This document shows positions 38,342-49,258 of a stretch of 64,000 nucleotides of DNA, piece after piece. The position numbers and the translations under genes were made by a program. Source of the DNA: an uncultured Clostridia bacterium (GTDB lineage: Bacteria; Bacillota; Clostridia; Christensenellales; UBA1242). Where the stretch lies: positions 30,713 to 94,712 of the forward strand of contig CANREZ010000003.1 in NCBI GenBank assembly GCA_947629745.1. The letters run 5' to 3'. Position 1 is the first letter of the stretch. Every line of letters starts with the position of its first letter. The notes beneath the pieces were generated by a model. The model ran no database searches, was not told the DNA's origin, and worked only from the letters and a program-made list of their open reading frames with translations.

Positions 38342-39640
38342 CTATTTATTCAAGAATCCTTTGTGAGAACGCATGAGCATCTGACTCTGCAAACTCTTGT
38401 CTATCTCGATAGCAACGGACACCACGATGAGCAGTCCAGTTGTGGAGAATGCATTGATCAGTGTGTCGTCTGCACCAAAGCCCTTGAATAGCAAGCTTGG
38501 CACGATGAATATAATCGTTAGGAATATTGCTCCAAATAACGTCATACGATTTACAATTCGTCGGATGTAATCACTAGTAGCCTTACCTGCACGAAGTCCT
38601 GGGATGAATCCACCGTTTCTTTGGATATCCTTTGAGATTCGCTCAGGGTCAAACTGTGCTTGTGCCCAGAAATATGAGAACGCAAGGATTAACAGTGCGA
38701 CCACTACTAGATATGGCCATGAACCTGCACCCATGTACGTGCCATACCATAGATATGCATCACGCCATGCCGGCACTAGACTCATGATCATTTGTGGGAA
38801 GGAGAGAAGTGTTGTAGCGAATATTATAGGCATAACACCGGTTGCATTGATCTTGACCGGAATATATGTGCTCTGTCCGCCATACATTTTCCTACCCTTA
38901 ATTTGCTTTGCATATTGTACTGGAATCTTGCGCTCAGCAAGGTCAATCCATACAATGAATGCAAAGACGACTACTAGCACTGCTAGGAATACTAGCAAGT
39001 ACCATAGGTCTTCTAGGTTGCCCTGGAAGATATTGATAATAGAATTCAAAATAGAATTTGTTGCTGTAGATAGAATACCCACGAATATTAGCAAGGACAC
39101 GCCTTGGCCAACTCCGATCTCGGTTATCTTCTCACCGATCCAGTATGTAAACATGGATCCTGCGACTAACATTATGACAACGAACATTCCAATCACCCAA
39201 GTAGGTGCAGTGACACCAAACATATGGGCGTTGATAATACCATTAAATGACAACACAATTGCAATAGCCTGCACGGTAGCAAGTATTAGGGCTGCAATAC
39301 GATTGTATAGACCAATCCTCTTCCTGCCCTCTTCTCCGCCTTCCCTTGCAAGTCTCTCCCAACTAGGGATTGCCATTGTGAGCAATTGCACAATAATTGT
39401 AGCCGAGATATATGGTGAGATACCAAGTGCAAGTATTGCACCATTTGCAAGTGCGCCACCTGACACTGCGGAAAGTAGTCCCATGAACCCTTCACTAGTA
39501 ATAGTGTCAAATTCACTGACATTTAGTCCCGGACATGGTATCCAACATCCTATCCTATAGATGAGCAAAAGTCCAAGGGTGAGAAAAATTTTCTTCCTTA
39601 GATCTTTTATCTTGAATGCTTCAACTAGTGTCTTAAACAT
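38342..39640 (-). CDS. secY: Preprotein translocase subunit SecY
   Basis: 432 aa, 10 TM helices, LGISPYISATIIVQLL, operon position. Confidence 0.95.
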   Translation of the reverse strand: MFKTLVEAFKIKDLRKKIFLTLGLLLIYRIGCWIPCPGLNVSEFDTITSEGFMGLLSAVSGGALANGAILALGISPYISATIIVQLLTMAIPSWERLAREGGEEGRKRIGLYNRIAALILATVQAIAIVLSFNGIINAHMFGVTAPTWVIGMFVVIMLVAGSMFTYWIGEKITEIGVGQGVSLLIFVGILSTATNSILNSIINIFQGNLEDLWYLLVFLAVLVVVFAFIVWIDLAERKIPVQYAKQIKGRKMYGGQSTYIPVKINATGVMPIIFATTLLSFPQMIMSLVPAWRDAYLWYGTYMGAGSWPYLVVVALLILAFSYFWAQAQFDPERISKDIQRNGGFIPGLRAGKATSDYIRRIVNRMTLFGAIFLTIIFIVPSLLFKGFGADDTLINAFSTTGLLIVVSVAIEIDKSLQSQMLMRSHKGFLNK

Positions 39641-40086
39641 TATAACACCTCGACTTTTCCACCAGCCTCTTGGATCTTCTTAATAGCAGACTCAGAGAAT
39701 TTATGAGCCTTGACTGTTAGAGTACGTTCTAGTTTACCATTGCCAAGCACTTTCACACCATATGGCGCGACCTTGGAGATGATATTCTTCTTTTGTAACA
39801 ACTCTTCTGTCACAACAGTATTATTGTCAAATTTATTTAAGTCACTAACATTGATAATGCTATATTCTTTAGCAAAATTGTAATTATTGAATCCTCTCTT
39901 TGGTAGTCTCCTATCGAGTGGCATTTGACCACCCTCGAATCCTACACGGACACCGCCACCACTACGAGAGTTTTGGCCTTTTTGTCCCTTTCCTGAGGTC
40001 TTACCAAGTCCTGAGCCAATGCCACGTCCTAGTCTCTTTGGAGCGTGCTTGCTACCCTTGGATGGAGCCATTTCATGTAACTTCAT
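39640..40086 (-). CDS. rplO: 50S ribosomal protein L15
   Basis: [49 protein letters not shown]. Confidence 0.95.
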   Translation of the reverse strand: MKLHEMAPSKGSKHAPKRLGRGIGSGLGKTSGKGQKGQNSRSGGGVRVGFEGGQMPLDRRLPKRGFNNYNFAKEYSIINVSDLNKFDNNTVVTEELLQKKNIISKVAPYGVKVLGNGKLERTLTVKAHKFSESAIKKIQEAGGKVEVL

Positions 40087-40092
40087 AAAACT

Positions 40093-40662
40093 CTAACCTA
40101 CCTTCTCCACTTTCACCAAATGTATGACCTTTTCGATCATTCCACGGGTGCACTCGTTATCTACTAACAAGTTTGTAGAATTCAATTTATTTAGACCAAG
40201 GGCGCGAACGACCTTTGCCTGTCTCTTGTCATAGCCGATTGGGCTCTTGACTAATGTAACCTTCAAAGTCTTCTTTGCCTTGCTTAGCACTTTTGCTTTC
40301 TTTGCCTTAGGTGCGGCTGCTTTTGGGGCTGCCTTGACCTCAAGTTTTGTAGCTTTCGCTTCCACCTTTACTGCGGTCTTAGGTGCAACTTTAGCTTCCA
40401 CTTTTGCTGCAGGCTTTGCTGCCTTAGGAGCTGCCTTGACCTCTTTCTTAGGTGCTGTCTTTACTTCTTTCTTAGCTGCAGTCTTTGGAGCTGTTTTTGC
40501 AGCTGCCTTTGGAGCAGCTTTTACCTCTTTCTTAGGTGCTGCTGCCTTAGTAGCAGGCTTTGCTGCAGGCTTAGTTGCCTTTGCGGTTACTTTTGCGGTG
40601 CTAGGTTTAGCACTAGTTTTCTTTGCCGGTGTCTTTGCCGGAGTTTTCTTAGTTTCTGCCAT
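40093..40662 (-). CDS. rpmD: 50S ribosomal protein L30 fused to a ~130-aa N-terminal Lys/Ala/Pro-rich (histone H1/AlgP-like) extension
   Basis: C-terminal 58 aa LKVTLVKSPIGYDKRQAKVVRALGLNKLNSTNLLVDNECTRGMIEKVIHLVKVEKV is canonical L30. One frame continues upstream through AKP repeats to ATG 40662, preceded by AGAGGTG, 10 nt after the S5 stop. The TTG start at 40725 (inside rpsE) is rejected. Confidence 0.8.
   Translation of the reverse strand: MAETKKTPAKTPAKKTSAKPSTAKVTAKATKPAAKPATKAAAPKKEVKAAPKAAAKTAPKTAAKKEVKTAPKKEVKAAPKAAKPAAKVEAKVAPKTAVKVEAKATKLEVKAAPKAAAPKAKKAKVLSKAKKTLKVTLVKSPIGYDKRQAKVVRALGLNKLNSTNLLVDNECTRGMIEKVIHLVKVEKVG
40280..40650 (-). repeat. Low-complexity coding repeats (KKEVKAAPK / AKPAAK / VEAKV units)
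   Basis: Reiterated gcagc/tttgg/cttagg DNA units. The protein reads ...KKEVKAAPKAAAKTAPKTAAKKEVKTAPKKEVKAAPKAAKPAAKVEAKVAPKTAVKVEAKATKLEVKAAPK... Boundaries are approximate. Confidence 0.7.
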
Positions 40663-40672
40663 AATGCACCTC

Positions 40673-41215
40673 TTATCTAATCTCGTCGACAGCCTTGCCA
40701 CGGAGGCGTGCAACTGTCTCGACATTCCTTAATTTCGTTAATGCATCAAATGTAGCGCGGACGCAATTTATCTTGTTCTTCGAGCCATGGACCTTTGCTG
40801 TAACATCCTTGATACCACATAGTTCCACGACAGGACGAACAGCACCACCTGCGATGACACCATTACCTTCAGCACTTGGGAGCATGATAATCGTGCTCTT
40901 GCCGAAATGCCCTGTGACCTCATGTGGAATAGTTGTGCCTGCCAATGCTACACTGCACATCTTCTTCTTTGCAGCTTGTGTAGCCTTCTCAATTGCTTGA
41001 GGGACTTCGGCTGCCTTTCCTGTACCAAGACCGATCTTGCCATTCTTGTCACCAATGACAACTACGGCGCTAAATCTCATGGTCTTGCCACCTTTTACGA
41101 CCTTTGTGACACGATTGACACAGATTAGTCGCTTGTCTAGCCCATCATCAACCTTTGGGCGTTTTTCAAATCTTGGCTTTCTCCCCTCAGGTTTCTTACT
41201 TTCAGTTTTCTGCAT
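40673..41215 (-). CDS. rpsE: 30S ribosomal protein S5
   Basis: [40 protein letters not shown]. Confidence 0.95.
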   Translation of the reverse strand: MQKTESKKPEGRKPRFEKRPKVDDGLDKRLICVNRVTKVVKGGKTMRFSAVVVIGDKNGKIGLGTGKAAEVPQAIEKATQAAKKKMCSVALAGTTIPHEVTGHFGKSTIIMLPSAEGNGVIAGGAVRPVVELCGIKDVTAKVHGSKNKINCVRATFDALTKLRNVETVARLRGKAVDEIR

Positions 41216-41225
41216 GATTCACCCC

Positions 41226-41594
41226 TTAAAATTTTAGACCTGCTTTCCTTGCGCCATCTGCTAGTGCTTGGACTCTACCGGTATATAGATAACCAGCGCG
41301 GTCAAAGACTATAGCGGACACGCCCTTCTTCTTTGCGAGTGCACCAATGGTCTCACCCACGATGAAAGCAGCATCCTTTTTATTTTTTCCATTCAACTTT
41401 GTTGCCAAATTCTTGTCAAGTGTTGATGCAGAAACAAGTGTAATACCCTTCTCGTCATCAATAATTTGAGCATAAATATTTGTCAAACTACGATGTACGC
41501 TAAGTCTTGGTCTAAGTGAAGTACCAAAGACTTTGTTGTGCTTCGTACTAGCACGTCTGCTTCGGACTTTGTTCTTATTTTCCTTATTAATCAT
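41226..41594 (-). CDS. rplR: 50S ribosomal protein L18
   Basis: [20 protein letters not shown]..., [26 protein letters not shown]. Confidence 0.95.
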   Translation of the reverse strand: MINKENKNKVRSRRASTKHNKVFGTSLRPRLSVHRSLTNIYAQIIDDEKGITLVSASTLDKNLATKLNGKNKKDAAFIVGETIGALAKKKGVSAIVFDRAGYLYTGRVQALADGARKAGLKF

Positions 41595-41596
41595 AC

Positions 41597-42157
41597 TTAT
41601 ACTCCTAATTTCTTACCTGACTTAATTTCCTTCTGCATTACGACTTCGTCTGCGTATCTGATACCATATAGGTGATATGGCTCGACAGGTTTGATATCCT
41701 TTACATTAGATGCAAATTTACCAACTAAATCCTTGTCAATACCTGATACTGTGATCTCAAAGTCACTATTTGGGGCGGTACTCTTGTCAACGGATAGTTT
41801 GATGCCATCAACTGCCTTTAGAATCACTGGATGTGAGAATCCAATGTTTAGCACGATGTCACTACCTTGCTGAGTGCCCTTGTAACCAATGCCATGAACT
41901 AATATTTTCTTACTAAATCCATCATGGACACCAATTATCATGTTGTTTATGAGTTGTCTATACAAGCCATGGAGTGCCTTGTATTCATCACTCTGCCTGG
42001 TCACATACACATGACCATCTTTTACTTCGCAGGAGATATGACTATCTACTACCTTCTTTAGCGTTCCGAGTTTGCCTGATACTGTGACTTCCTTGCCATT
42101 AACAGTAACTGTGACACCCTCAGGGATCGCGATAGGTTGTCTTCCGATTCTTGACAT
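41597..42157 (-). CDS. rplF: 50S ribosomal protein L6
   Basis: [30 protein letters not shown]. Operon position. Confidence 0.95.
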   Translation of the reverse strand: MSRIGRQPIAIPEGVTVTVNGKEVTVSGKLGTLKKVVDSHISCEVKDGHVYVTRQSDEYKALHGLYRQLINNMIIGVHDGFSKKILVHGIGYKGTQQGSDIVLNIGFSHPVILKAVDGIKLSVDKSTAPNSDFEITVSGIDKDLVGKFASNVKDIKPVEPYHLYGIRYADEVVMQKEIKSGKKLGV

Positions 42158-42170
42158 ACTACCTTACCTC

Positions 42171-42569
42171 CTACCACACATAAGCAAGTACTTCCCCGCC
42201 CATACGAGCAGCACGCGCTTGCTTGTCTGTCATTATACCCTTGCTAGTGGATATGATAGCAATTCCTAGACCATTTAGCACCTTTGGCAAGTCATCACAA
42301 CTTGCATAGATCCTAAGACCTGGCTTGCTAATTCTCTTTAGACCATTGATAACTCTTTCATTGTTCTCACCGAACTTGAATGTTACTACAATGTCTTTCT
42401 TTACGCCCTCACCGACTACCTCAAAATTCTCGATGTAGCCCTCTTCCTTTAGAAGATTGATGATAGCGATCTTCATCTTGGATGCAGGTATGGTAACACT
42501 GTCATGCTTTGCAGTCAAAGCATTTCTCATACGAGTGAGCATATCTGCGATTGGATCTGAAACTAACAT
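42171..42569 (-). CDS. rpsH: 30S ribosomal protein S8
   Basis: [13 protein letters not shown]..., [10 protein letters not shown]-terminus. Confidence 0.95.
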   Translation of the reverse strand: MLVSDPIADMLTRMRNALTAKHDSVTIPASKMKIAIINLLKEEGYIENFEVVGEGVKKDIVVTFKFGENNERVINGLKRISKPGLRIYASCDDLPKVLNGLGIAIISTSKGIMTDKQARAARMGGEVLAYVW

Positions 42570-42581
42570 TACTATACCTCC

Positions 42582-42767
42582 TTACCAACTTGACTTCTTC
42601 ACGCCTGGGATTTCCCCTTTGTAGGCGAGTTCTCTAAAACAAATTCTGCAAATGCCGTATTTCCTGAGCACGCTGTGTGGTCGTCCACAAATTTTGCATC
42701 GAGTGTACTCGCGTGTGGAATACTTTTGCGGTTTTTGTTGCTTATTCTTTAATGCTAATCTTGCCAT
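42582..42767 (-). CDS. rpsN: 30S ribosomal protein S14, type Z (zinc-binding, 61 aa)
   Basis: CKICGRPH...CRICFRE CxxC..CxxC, ending KKSSW. Confidence 0.95.
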   Translation of the reverse strand: MARLALKNKQQKPQKYSTREYTRCKICGRPHSVLRKYGICRICFRELAYKGEIPGVKKSSW

Positions 42768-42777
42768 TCCTTACTCC

Positions 42778-43329
42778 TTATCTCTTGAAAGGGAATCCTA
42801 GCAAATCTAGCAAGGATCTTGCCTCTTCATCGGATTTTGCGGTTGTCACAATGATGACATCCATTCCACGAATTTTCTCAACTTTTTCATAAGAAATTTC
42901 TGGGAACATAATTTGCTCTTTTAGACCAAGTGCATAGTTGCCACGGCCGTCAAAAGACTTGGTGGATACGCCTTGGAAGTCACGTGTACGTGGGAGTGCG
43001 ATGTTGATAAGTTTGTCCAAAAATTCGTACATAATCTGTCCACGCAATGTAACTTTTGCTCCGATCTTCTCATTCTCACGGAGTTTGAAATTTGCAATAG
43101 ATTTCTTTGCCGAGGTCACATATGGCTTCTGACCAGTGATCAGAGCGAGTTCCTCAACTGCTTTATTAAATGATTGGGTATTACCCTTGCAATCACCTAG
43201 TCCACGGTTGACCACGATCTTTTCTAGACGTGGGACTTGGAGTTTGTTCTTATAGCCAAATTTCTTCATCATGGCAGGAACAACGTCACTGACGTAGCGT
43301 TGATATAGCCTATTATCTTTCTTAGCCAT
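42778..43329 (-). CDS. rplE: 50S ribosomal protein L5
   Basis: NRLYQRY...[14 protein letters not shown]... Start ATG 43329 after GGAGGG. Overlaps the L24 stop by 8 nt. The upstream extension in the ORF track is rejected. Confidence 0.93.
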   Translation of the reverse strand: MAKKDNRLYQRYVSDVVPAMMKKFGYKNKLQVPRLEKIVVNRGLGDCKGNTQSFNKAVEELALITGQKPYVTSAKKSIANFKLRENEKIGAKVTLRGQIMYEFLDKLINIALPRTRDFQGVSTKSFDGRGNYALGLKEQIMFPEISYEKVEKIRGMDVIIVTTAKSDEEARSLLDLLGFPFKR

Positions 43330-43846
43330 TAGTTGACACCCTCCTTGTAGACTTTGACACACTCTTGGTCTTTACTGCTCCGGTACTCTTCTTCGTAGTA
43401 TCCTTTACAGCCTTTGTGACCTTGGTGTCTTGTTTAGTTTCTTTTACTTCTTTCTTTGCTTCTTTCGTAGCAGTAGATTTAGCGGACTTTGCAGGTTTTG
43501 CTGCCTTTGCTGTCTTCTTTGCCGAAGCAGTATCTAGCACTGCCCCACACTTCTTGCAGACGCGGACTTTCTTGTCCCCATCAGTCTTGTGTGCGACGCG
43601 GGTAGCTTTCTTGCATGATGGGCAAACTAATTGCACATTGCTTGCACTGATCTTGCCCTCAGCTTTCATGATGCCGCCCTTGTCCTGAGCATTCCTTGGC
43701 TTCTTGTGACGAGAAATGATATTCACTCCCTCGACAACAACGCGTCCTTCTTTTGGCAAAACGCTAAGCACTTTGCCTGTCTTTCCCTTGTCTGCACCAG
43801 CCAAAACTACTACGGTATCATTTTTCTTAATATGTAACTTTGTCAT
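43322..43846 (-). CDS. rplX: 50S ribosomal protein L24 with CxxC..CxxC knuckle and ~70-aa Lys-rich C-terminal tail
   Basis: KOW N-terminus [28 protein letters not shown]-x18-CKKCG. The tail [32 protein letters not shown]... continues to the stop at 43322. Confidence 0.88.
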   Translation of the reverse strand: MTKLHIKKNDTVVVLAGADKGKTGKVLSVLPKEGRVVVEGVNIISRHKKPRNAQDKGGIMKAEGKISASNVQLVCPSCKKATRVAHKTDGDKKVRVCKKCGAVLDTASAKKTAKAAKPAKSAKSTATKEAKKEVKETKQDTKVTKAVKDTTKKSTGAVKTKSVSKSTRRVSTNG

Positions 43847-43857
43847 ATTCTATCTCC

Positions 43858-44226
43858 TTATAATACCTCAGGTGCTAGGGAAATAATCTTTGTAAATCCT
43901 CTATCACGAAGTTCTCTTGCCACAGGTCCGAAAATACGTGTTCCCCTTGGCTGTTTCTGATTGTCAATGATGACAGCAGCATTCTCGTCGAATCTGAGTG
44001 TGGAGCCATCTGCACGGCTGACACCCTTTACGCTACGCACAATAACTGCCTTGACTACATCGCCCTTTTTCACAGTGCCACCTGGAGTAGCCGTCTTGAC
44101 TGATGCCACAATGACATCTCCAATGTTACCGCTTCTTCTAAATGATCCGCCAAGCACTCTAATGCACATTATAGTCTTAGCACCACTGTTATCTGCGACT
44201 TTTAAAACTGATTGTGGTTGTATCAT
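43858..44226 (-). CDS. rplN: 50S ribosomal protein L14
   Basis: [17 protein letters not shown]..., 122 aa. Confidence 0.96.
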   Translation of the reverse strand: MIQPQSVLKVADNSGAKTIMCIRVLGGSFRRSGNIGDVIVASVKTATPGGTVKKGDVVKAVIVRSVKGVSRADGSTLRFDENAAVIIDNQKQPRGTRIFGPVARELRDRGFTKIISLAPEVL

Positions 44227-44238
44227 AACTTTTACTCC

Positions 44239-44502
44239 TTATTTTGCTCTCTCGATGATGCGCACTACTCTATAGTACTTGTCACGAGATAAGTGACGAG
44301 TCTCCATGAGCTCTACGGTATCACCTACATGGCATTCATTTTTCTCATCATGAGCCTTGTATTTAGTAGTGAATTTGTAGACCTTGCCATAGACAGGGTG
44401 ACGGCGATTCTCCACGAGTGCTACGACAACAGTCTTATCCATCTTGTCGGACACAACTGTACCTATCAAAGTACGACGGCTATTTCTCTCGATCTTTTCC
44501 AT
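44239..44502 (-). CDS. rpsQ: 30S ribosomal protein S17
   Basis: [17 protein letters not shown]....HP.YGK. pattern. Confidence 0.95.
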   Translation of the reverse strand: MEKIERNSRRTLIGTVVSDKMDKTVVVALVENRRHPVYGKVYKFTTKYKAHDEKNECHVGDTVELMETRHLSRDKYYRVVRIIERAK

Positions 44503-44504
44503 AA

Positions 44505-44714
44505 TTATGCCCTTCCTTCATTACTTTTTAATTTTCGCTCTGTAAGAATGGTCTGTACACGAGCAATGTCTTTCTTGCAGACGCGGATTTGCATTGGATT
44601 TGCAAGTTGTCCGGTCGCATTTGCAAAACGCAAATTTAGTAATTCTTGTTTTAGTGATTTTAGTTTTGATGCTAATTCTTCATTAGTCATTTCTTTGAAT
44701 TCTTTTGCTTTCAT
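44505..44714 (-). CDS. rpmC: 50S ribosomal protein L29
   Basis: EL..KL..LK.EL.NLRF...TGQL.NP..I. pattern, 69 aa. Confidence 0.93.
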   Translation of the reverse strand: MKAKEFKEMTNEELASKLKSLKQELLNLRFANATGQLANPMQIRVCKKDIARVQTILTERKLKSNEGRA

Positions 44715-45151
44715 TATTCGTTACCACCTTCCACAGATTTTTGTTCAGCCGAAGATATAACTTTTGTCTTGCAAGGGAGTTTGTGTGAAGCAAGTCTTAG
44801 GGCTTCCCTAGCATCTGCCTCTGGCACTCCTGCAATCTCAAATAAAACTCTGTCAGGCTTTACAACTGCAACCCAGTATTCAGGTGAACCCTTACCTTTA
44901 CCCATACGGGTGCCGATAGGTTTCTTTGACACTGGTTTGTCTGGAAAGACATTTATCCACATCTTCCCACCTCTTTTTGTATAACGAGATATAGCAACAC
45001 GCGCAGCCTCGATCTGGTTGCTGGTCATCCAGCAGCACTCGGTAGCAACTAGTGCAAAATCGCCGTATGCGATCTTGTTTCCCCTAGTAGCATGACCTTT
45101 CATACGACCGCGGAATTGCTTTCTCCTCTTTACTCTCTTTGGCATTAACAT
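44714..45151 (-). CDS. rplP: 50S ribosomal protein L16
   Basis: [23 protein letters not shown]. Confidence 0.96.
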   Translation of the reverse strand: MLMPKRVKRRKQFRGRMKGHATRGNKIAYGDFALVATECCWMTSNQIEAARVAISRYTKRGGKMWINVFPDKPVSKKPIGTRMGKGKGSPEYWVAVVKPDRVLFEIAGVPEADAREALRLASHKLPCKTKVISSAEQKSVEGGNE

Positions 45152-45153
45152 GA

Positions 45154-45819
45154 TTAGTTATTACCTCCTTCGATAGGTGTGGTCTTCTTGCCAAGGATCT
45201 CGCCTTTGCAAATCCAAACTTTCACACCAATCACACCAAAAGTGGTACGAGCTTTGCATGCAGCATAGTCGATATCACTCCTTAGTGTCGTTAGTGGCAG
45301 ACTACCATCATGATAGTGCTCACTACGTGCAATTTCTGCGCCATCAAGTCGGCCTGACACCATGATCTTGCAACCTTTTGCTCCGGCTTTCATCACCCTC
45401 TGCATAGCTTGCTTCATAGCGCGTTTGAAACTCATACGTTTCTCAAGTTGACTTGCGATACTCTGCGCAACAAGTTCAGCATCTAGATCAGGCTTCTTCA
45501 CCTCTAGGATGTTGATGCTGATATTCTTCTTGTCAGTATATTTGCTGATTAACTTCTTGATATCCTCAATTCCTGCACCTTTTTGACCGATGAGTACACC
45601 TGGCCTGCTGGTGGAGATATTGACAATCAATCTAGTATTCGTCCTCTCGATAGTGATGAGAGATATACTGCAAGCATTGTATTTCTTATTTAGTGCTTCA
45701 CGGATCTTGTGATCCTCTACTAAGTACTTTGAGGTATCCTTCTTGTTAGCGATCCAAGAGGAACTCCATTCCTTATTAACACCTACTCTAAGTCCATGTG
45801 GACTAACTTTCTGTCCCAT
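45154..45819 (-). CDS. rpsC: 30S ribosomal protein S3
   Basis: [23 protein letters not shown] domain. Confidence 0.96.
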   Translation of the reverse strand: MGQKVSPHGLRVGVNKEWSSSWIANKKDTSKYLVEDHKIREALNKKYNACSISLITIERTNTRLIVNISTSRPGVLIGQKGAGIEDIKKLISKYTDKKNISINILEVKKPDLDAELVAQSIASQLEKRMSFKRAMKQAMQRVMKAGAKGCKIMVSGRLDGAEIARSEHYHDGSLPLTTLRSDIDYAACKARTTFGVIGVKVWICKGEILGKKTTPIEGGNN

Positions 45820-45830
45820 CCAATACTCCT

Positions 45831-46217
45831 TTATTTGGCCACATCAAGTATAATTGTGATGTGACAAGTCCTCTTTATTATAGTATCTACTCCACCTTTT
45901 GCGCGGAATAATGCACGCTTAAATGATGGACCTTGATTTGCATAACACTCAGCGACATATAGATTGTCTTTGTTTAGACCTTGATTGTGCTCAGCATTTG
46001 CTGCTGCACTGTCTAATACCTTGAGTATTGCATCTGCGTTAGCACTTGTGCTATGAGTTACAAGTGCGCGAGCTTCGCTATAACTCTTGCCGCGGATCGT
46101 GTCAAGGACACGCTTTGCCTTACTAGCACCCATACGGACATACTTGGAGCAAGCATATGGACGGGTATCTTTGTTTTGCTGTCTTTTCTCAGACTTTACT
46201 TTCATTCTAGTTGCCAT
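45831..46217 (-). CDS. rplV: 50S ribosomal protein L22
   Basis: [20 protein letters not shown]...., TCHITIIL. ~15-aa basic N-terminal extension. Confidence 0.93.
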   Translation of the reverse strand: MATRMKVKSEKRQQNKDTRPYACSKYVRMGASKAKRVLDTIRGKSYSEARALVTHSTSANADAILKVLDSAAANAEHNQGLNKDNLYVAECYANQGPSFKRALFRAKGGVDTIIKRTCHITIILDVAK

Positions 46218-46229
46218 CTAAATCCCCTC

Positions 46230-46508
46230 CTATTTACCTTTTGCTACTCGGTCGCCCGAATGTCCCTTAAATGTCCTGGTAGGTGCAAACTCACCTAATT
46301 TGTGGCCAATCATATCGGTTGTGCAATATACTGGGATGTGTTTGATGCCATTGTGCACAGCAATCGTGTGACCGACAAACTCTGGATATATAGTAGATGA
46401 ACGTGACCAAGTCTTGATGACTTGCTTCTTGCCACTTTCATTCATCTTCTTTACTCTATCAAATAACCTTTGCTCTACATAAGGTTTTTTCTTCAATGAT
46501 CTACTCAT
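46230..46508 (-). CDS. rpsS: 30S ribosomal protein S19
   Basis: [10 protein letters not shown]..., [38 protein letters not shown]. Confidence 0.96.
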   Translation of the reverse strand: MSRSLKKKPYVEQRLFDRVKKMNESGKKQVIKTWSRSSTIYPEFVGHTIAVHNGIKHIPVYCTTDMIGHKLGEFAPTRTFKGHSGDRVAKGK

Positions 46509-46517
46509 AGTCTACTC

Positions 46518-47351
46518 CTACTTCTTCGCACGAGTAACAATCATTTTGTTACTATGCTTCTTGTGTTTTCTGGTCTTCATGCCAAGAGCAGGTTTGCCCC
46601 ATGGAGTGAGTGGAGACTTGTGTCCCACAGGGTTCTTACCTTCACCACCACCATGTGGATGGTCAATTGGGTTCATGACAGCACCACGAACGGTTGGTCG
46701 TGTACCCATATGACGCTTGCGGCCTGCCTTGCCCAGAGTCATTAGCTCATGCTCAGCATTGCCTACCTGTCCAATAGTAGCACGACAAGTGCCTAGCACC
46801 ATTCTCATCTCGCCACTTGGCATCTTGATGGTTGCATACTTGCCTTCTTTTGCCATTAGTCTTGCTTCCATTCCAGCAGCGCGGACTAATTGTCCGCCCT
46901 TGCCAGGATTTAGCTCTAGATTGTGGATAACTATTCCCACTGGCATCTGGGATAATGGCAAGCAGTTGCCCACCTTTATCTCAATATTTTCGTTACCGCT
47001 CATCACTTCGTCGCCTTCGTTTAGACCGATTGGAGCGAGTATGTATCTCTTCTCCCCATCAGCGTATTGAAGTAGCGCGATGTTTGCAGTACGATTTGGA
47101 TCGTATTCAATTCCAATTACTTTTGCAGGGATATTGTCTTTGTTGCGTCTAAAATCAATTACCCTATACTTAACTCTATTTCCACCACCGATATGACGCA
47201 CAGTGATCTTTCCTTGGTTATTCCTACCACCACTATGATTCTTTGATACTAAGAGGGACTTCTCTGGAGTCTTCTTGGTAACTTCATCATTCTTAATTGT
47301 GGTGTAGAAACGACGGGATGGTGTGGTTGGATTATAATTCTTAATAGCCAT
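46518..47351 (-). CDS. rplB: 50S ribosomal protein L2
   Basis: [16 protein letters not shown].., [13 protein letters not shown]. Confidence 0.97.
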   Translation of the reverse strand: MAIKNYNPTTPSRRFYTTIKNDEVTKKTPEKSLLVSKNHSGGRNNQGKITVRHIGGGNRVKYRVIDFRRNKDNIPAKVIGIEYDPNRTANIALLQYADGEKRYILAPIGLNEGDEVMSGNENIEIKVGNCLPLSQMPVGIVIHNLELNPGKGGQLVRAAGMEARLMAKEGKYATIKMPSGEMRMVLGTCRATIGQVGNAEHELMTLGKAGRKRHMGTRPTVRGAVMNPIDHPHGGGEGKNPVGHKSPLTPWGKPALGMKTRKHKKHSNKMIVTRAKK

Positions 47352-47368
47352 TATATATCTCCTTACTC

Positions 47369-47659
47369 CTATGCTAGACTCTCGAAGAACTCGATTGCCT
47401 TGCTGTCGCTTGTCAGTGTAACTATGGCCTTCTTATAATCCGAAGTATAACCACTTGTTGCACCATGTCTTCTAAACTTGCCGCCTACGCGTGCGATATT
47501 TACTTTACTTACTTTTACGCCAAATACTTGCTCTACTGCAATCTTGACATCTATCTTCGTTGCATCAGGATGCACGATGAAAGTATATCTCTTGTTTGCA
47601 ATGTCCTTGTATGTCTTCTCGGACAAAAGCGGGCGAATGATAACATCTGTGTAATTCAT
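47369..47659 (-). CDS. rplW: 50S ribosomal protein L23
   Basis: [13 protein letters not shown]...., KAIVTL pattern, 96 aa. Confidence 0.93.
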   Translation of the reverse strand: MNYTDVIIRPLLSEKTYKDIANKRYTFIVHPDATKIDVKIAVEQVFGVKVSKVNIARVGGKFRRHGATSGYTSDYKKAIVTLTSDSKAIEFFESLA

Positions 47660-48282
47660 TATGCCTTATATGCCTCCTCGATAGATTTTGCTACATCCTT
47701 GGTTAGCACCAATTTGTTGCAAGCAACAAGGTCATATACGCTAAGTAGGTCACTTGTCTCGATATCAGCATTTGGGATATTGCCCACTGCCCTTAGAGCA
47801 TTTTCGTTGACACCATTTGTGACGAATAGCGCAGTCTTATCTAACTTTAATGCTTCCATAACTTGCGCCATTGCCTTGGTCTTTGCCTCGATATCAAGTC
47901 CGTCGATCACGATTAGGTCGCCTTCATTCAATTTCGCACTAATTGCTGAACGGAATGCCACTCTGCGTGCTTCCTTGTTAACTTTCTTTGAGAAATCTCT
48001 TGGCTTTGGAGCGAATGCTACTCCGCCGCCCTTCCACTGTGGAGCCTTGGTCGAACCATGACGTGCTCTACCGGTATGCTTTTGTCTCCAAGGTTTCTTG
48101 GAATGTCCACGCACTTCGGATCTAGTAAGTGTACTCTTAGTACCCTGCCTTGCATTAGCAAGTTGTGCTACGACTACTTCGTGGATCAAGCCTTCGTTGT
48201 ACTCAGCGCCGAACACTTCATCACTAAGCTTCATGCTGCCCACTGCTTTGCCTTGCAGACTATAAACTTTTACTGTTGCCAT
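47659..48282 (-). CDS. rplD: 50S ribosomal protein L4
   Basis: RQGT.STLTRSEVRG..KKPWRQKHTGRARHGS...P.WKGGGVAF.PKPRD. Confidence 0.96.
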   Translation of the reverse strand: MATVKVYSLQGKAVGSMKLSDEVFGAEYNEGLIHEVVVAQLANARQGTKSTLTRSEVRGHSKKPWRQKHTGRARHGSTKAPQWKGGGVAFAPKPRDFSKKVNKEARRVAFRSAISAKLNEGDLIVIDGLDIEAKTKAMAQVMEALKLDKTALFVTNGVNENALRAVGNIPNADIETSDLLSVYDLVACNKLVLTKDVAKSIEEAYKA

Positions 48283-48298
48283 AAATTATGTCTTCCTC

Positions 48299-48931
48299 CT
48301 ATGCCTTCACTGCATCTTTGATACATACGAGTGAACCTTTTGCCCCTGGGATTGCTCCTTTCACGAGGATAAGATTGCGCTCAGCATCAACTCTGATTAC
48401 TTTTAGATTTTGCATAGTGACGGTCTCATTGCCCCATCTGCCATATTGCTTCTTGCCTTTGAAGACTTTTGCGACTCCGGTGTTACTACCACTGGAACCG
48501 ATGTGACGATGATTTGGACCATTACCATGTGTCATACGATGACGATGGAAATTCCATTTCTTGATACCACCGCTTGTGCCGTGGCCCTTTGATGTACCTG
48601 TGACATCAACTAATTCTCCCTCAGTGAATACTGCACATGTGACTGTGTCACCGACATGCATATTCTCTGCGCCTTCTAGTCTAAATTCCTTTAGATATCT
48701 AGTAGGATCAAGACCTGCTTTCTTGTACAAACCAAGTTCAGCTTTGTTCTTTAATGATTGACGGACCTTGTCAAATGCTAGTTGCACTGCGCTGTAGCCG
48801 TCCTTCTCTACTGTCTTTACTTGTGATACATAGCATGGACCTGCCTCCACCACAGTAACAGGGACGACTAGTCCTTCACTGGTGAAGACTTGGGTCATAC
48901 CAAGTTTCTTACCTAATATTGCCTTTTTCAT
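48299..48931 (-). CDS. rplC: 50S ribosomal protein L3
   Basis: GKKLGMTQVF...G..VPVTVVEAGPC.V.Q, GTSKGHGTSGGIK. Confidence 0.96.
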   Translation of the reverse strand: MKKAILGKKLGMTQVFTSEGLVVPVTVVEAGPCYVSQVKTVEKDGYSAVQLAFDKVRQSLKNKAELGLYKKAGLDPTRYLKEFRLEGAENMHVGDTVTCAVFTEGELVDVTGTSKGHGTSGGIKKWNFHRHRMTHGNGPNHRHIGSSGSNTGVAKVFKGKKQYGRWGNETVTMQNLKVIRVDAERNLILVKGAIPGAKGSLVCIKDAVKA

Positions 48932-48949
48932 TTCTCTTCCTTCTCCCTA

Positions 48950-49258
48950 TTACAATTTGATATTGATATTCACGCCTGCTGGAAGTTCCAGCTTGGTCAA
49001 AGCATCGACTGCCTTGCCACTTGGGCTATAAATATCGATGAGCCTCTTGTGTGTCCTTTGCTCGAATTGCTCACGGCTATCCTTGTCCTTGTGGACAGCG
49101 CGCAAGATGGTGACCACTTCTTTGTCTGTTGGAAGTGGAACTGGTCCACTTACTTTTGCGCCAAACTTAATTGCCGTGTCAACTATTCTCTTGCTAGCCT
49201 GGTCAATCAAGTTGTGGTCATACGCAGTTAGTTTTACTCTAATTTTTTGTGTTGCCAT
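48950..49258 (-). CDS. rpsJ: 30S ribosomal protein S10
   Basis: [14 protein letters not shown]......V.TA...[11 protein letters not shown], 102 aa. First gene of the cluster. Confidence 0.96.
   Translation of the reverse strand: MATQKIRVKLTAYDHNLIDQASKRIVDTAIKFGAKVSGPVPLPTDKEVVTILRAVHKDKDSREQFEQRTHKRLIDIYSPSGKAVDALTKLELPAGVNINIKL

Noticed and set aside
38604-39560. 318-aa plus-strand ORF
   Set aside because: It is entirely antisense to secY, whose identity is unambiguous. The sequence is low-complexity with no SD. It is a typical shadow ORF.
40247-40732. 161-aa plus-strand ORF rich in F/A/L/G
   Set aside because: It is the mirror image of the Lys/Ala/Pro repeat coding region of the L30 extension and the S5 3' end. 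The minus-strand reading is supported by the SD, the operon context and the L30 domain.
47465-48061. 198-aa plus-strand ORF, plus other 60-160-aa plus-strand ORFs across the ribosomal cluster
   Set aside because: All are antisense to recognisable ribosomal protein genes and none has start-site support.
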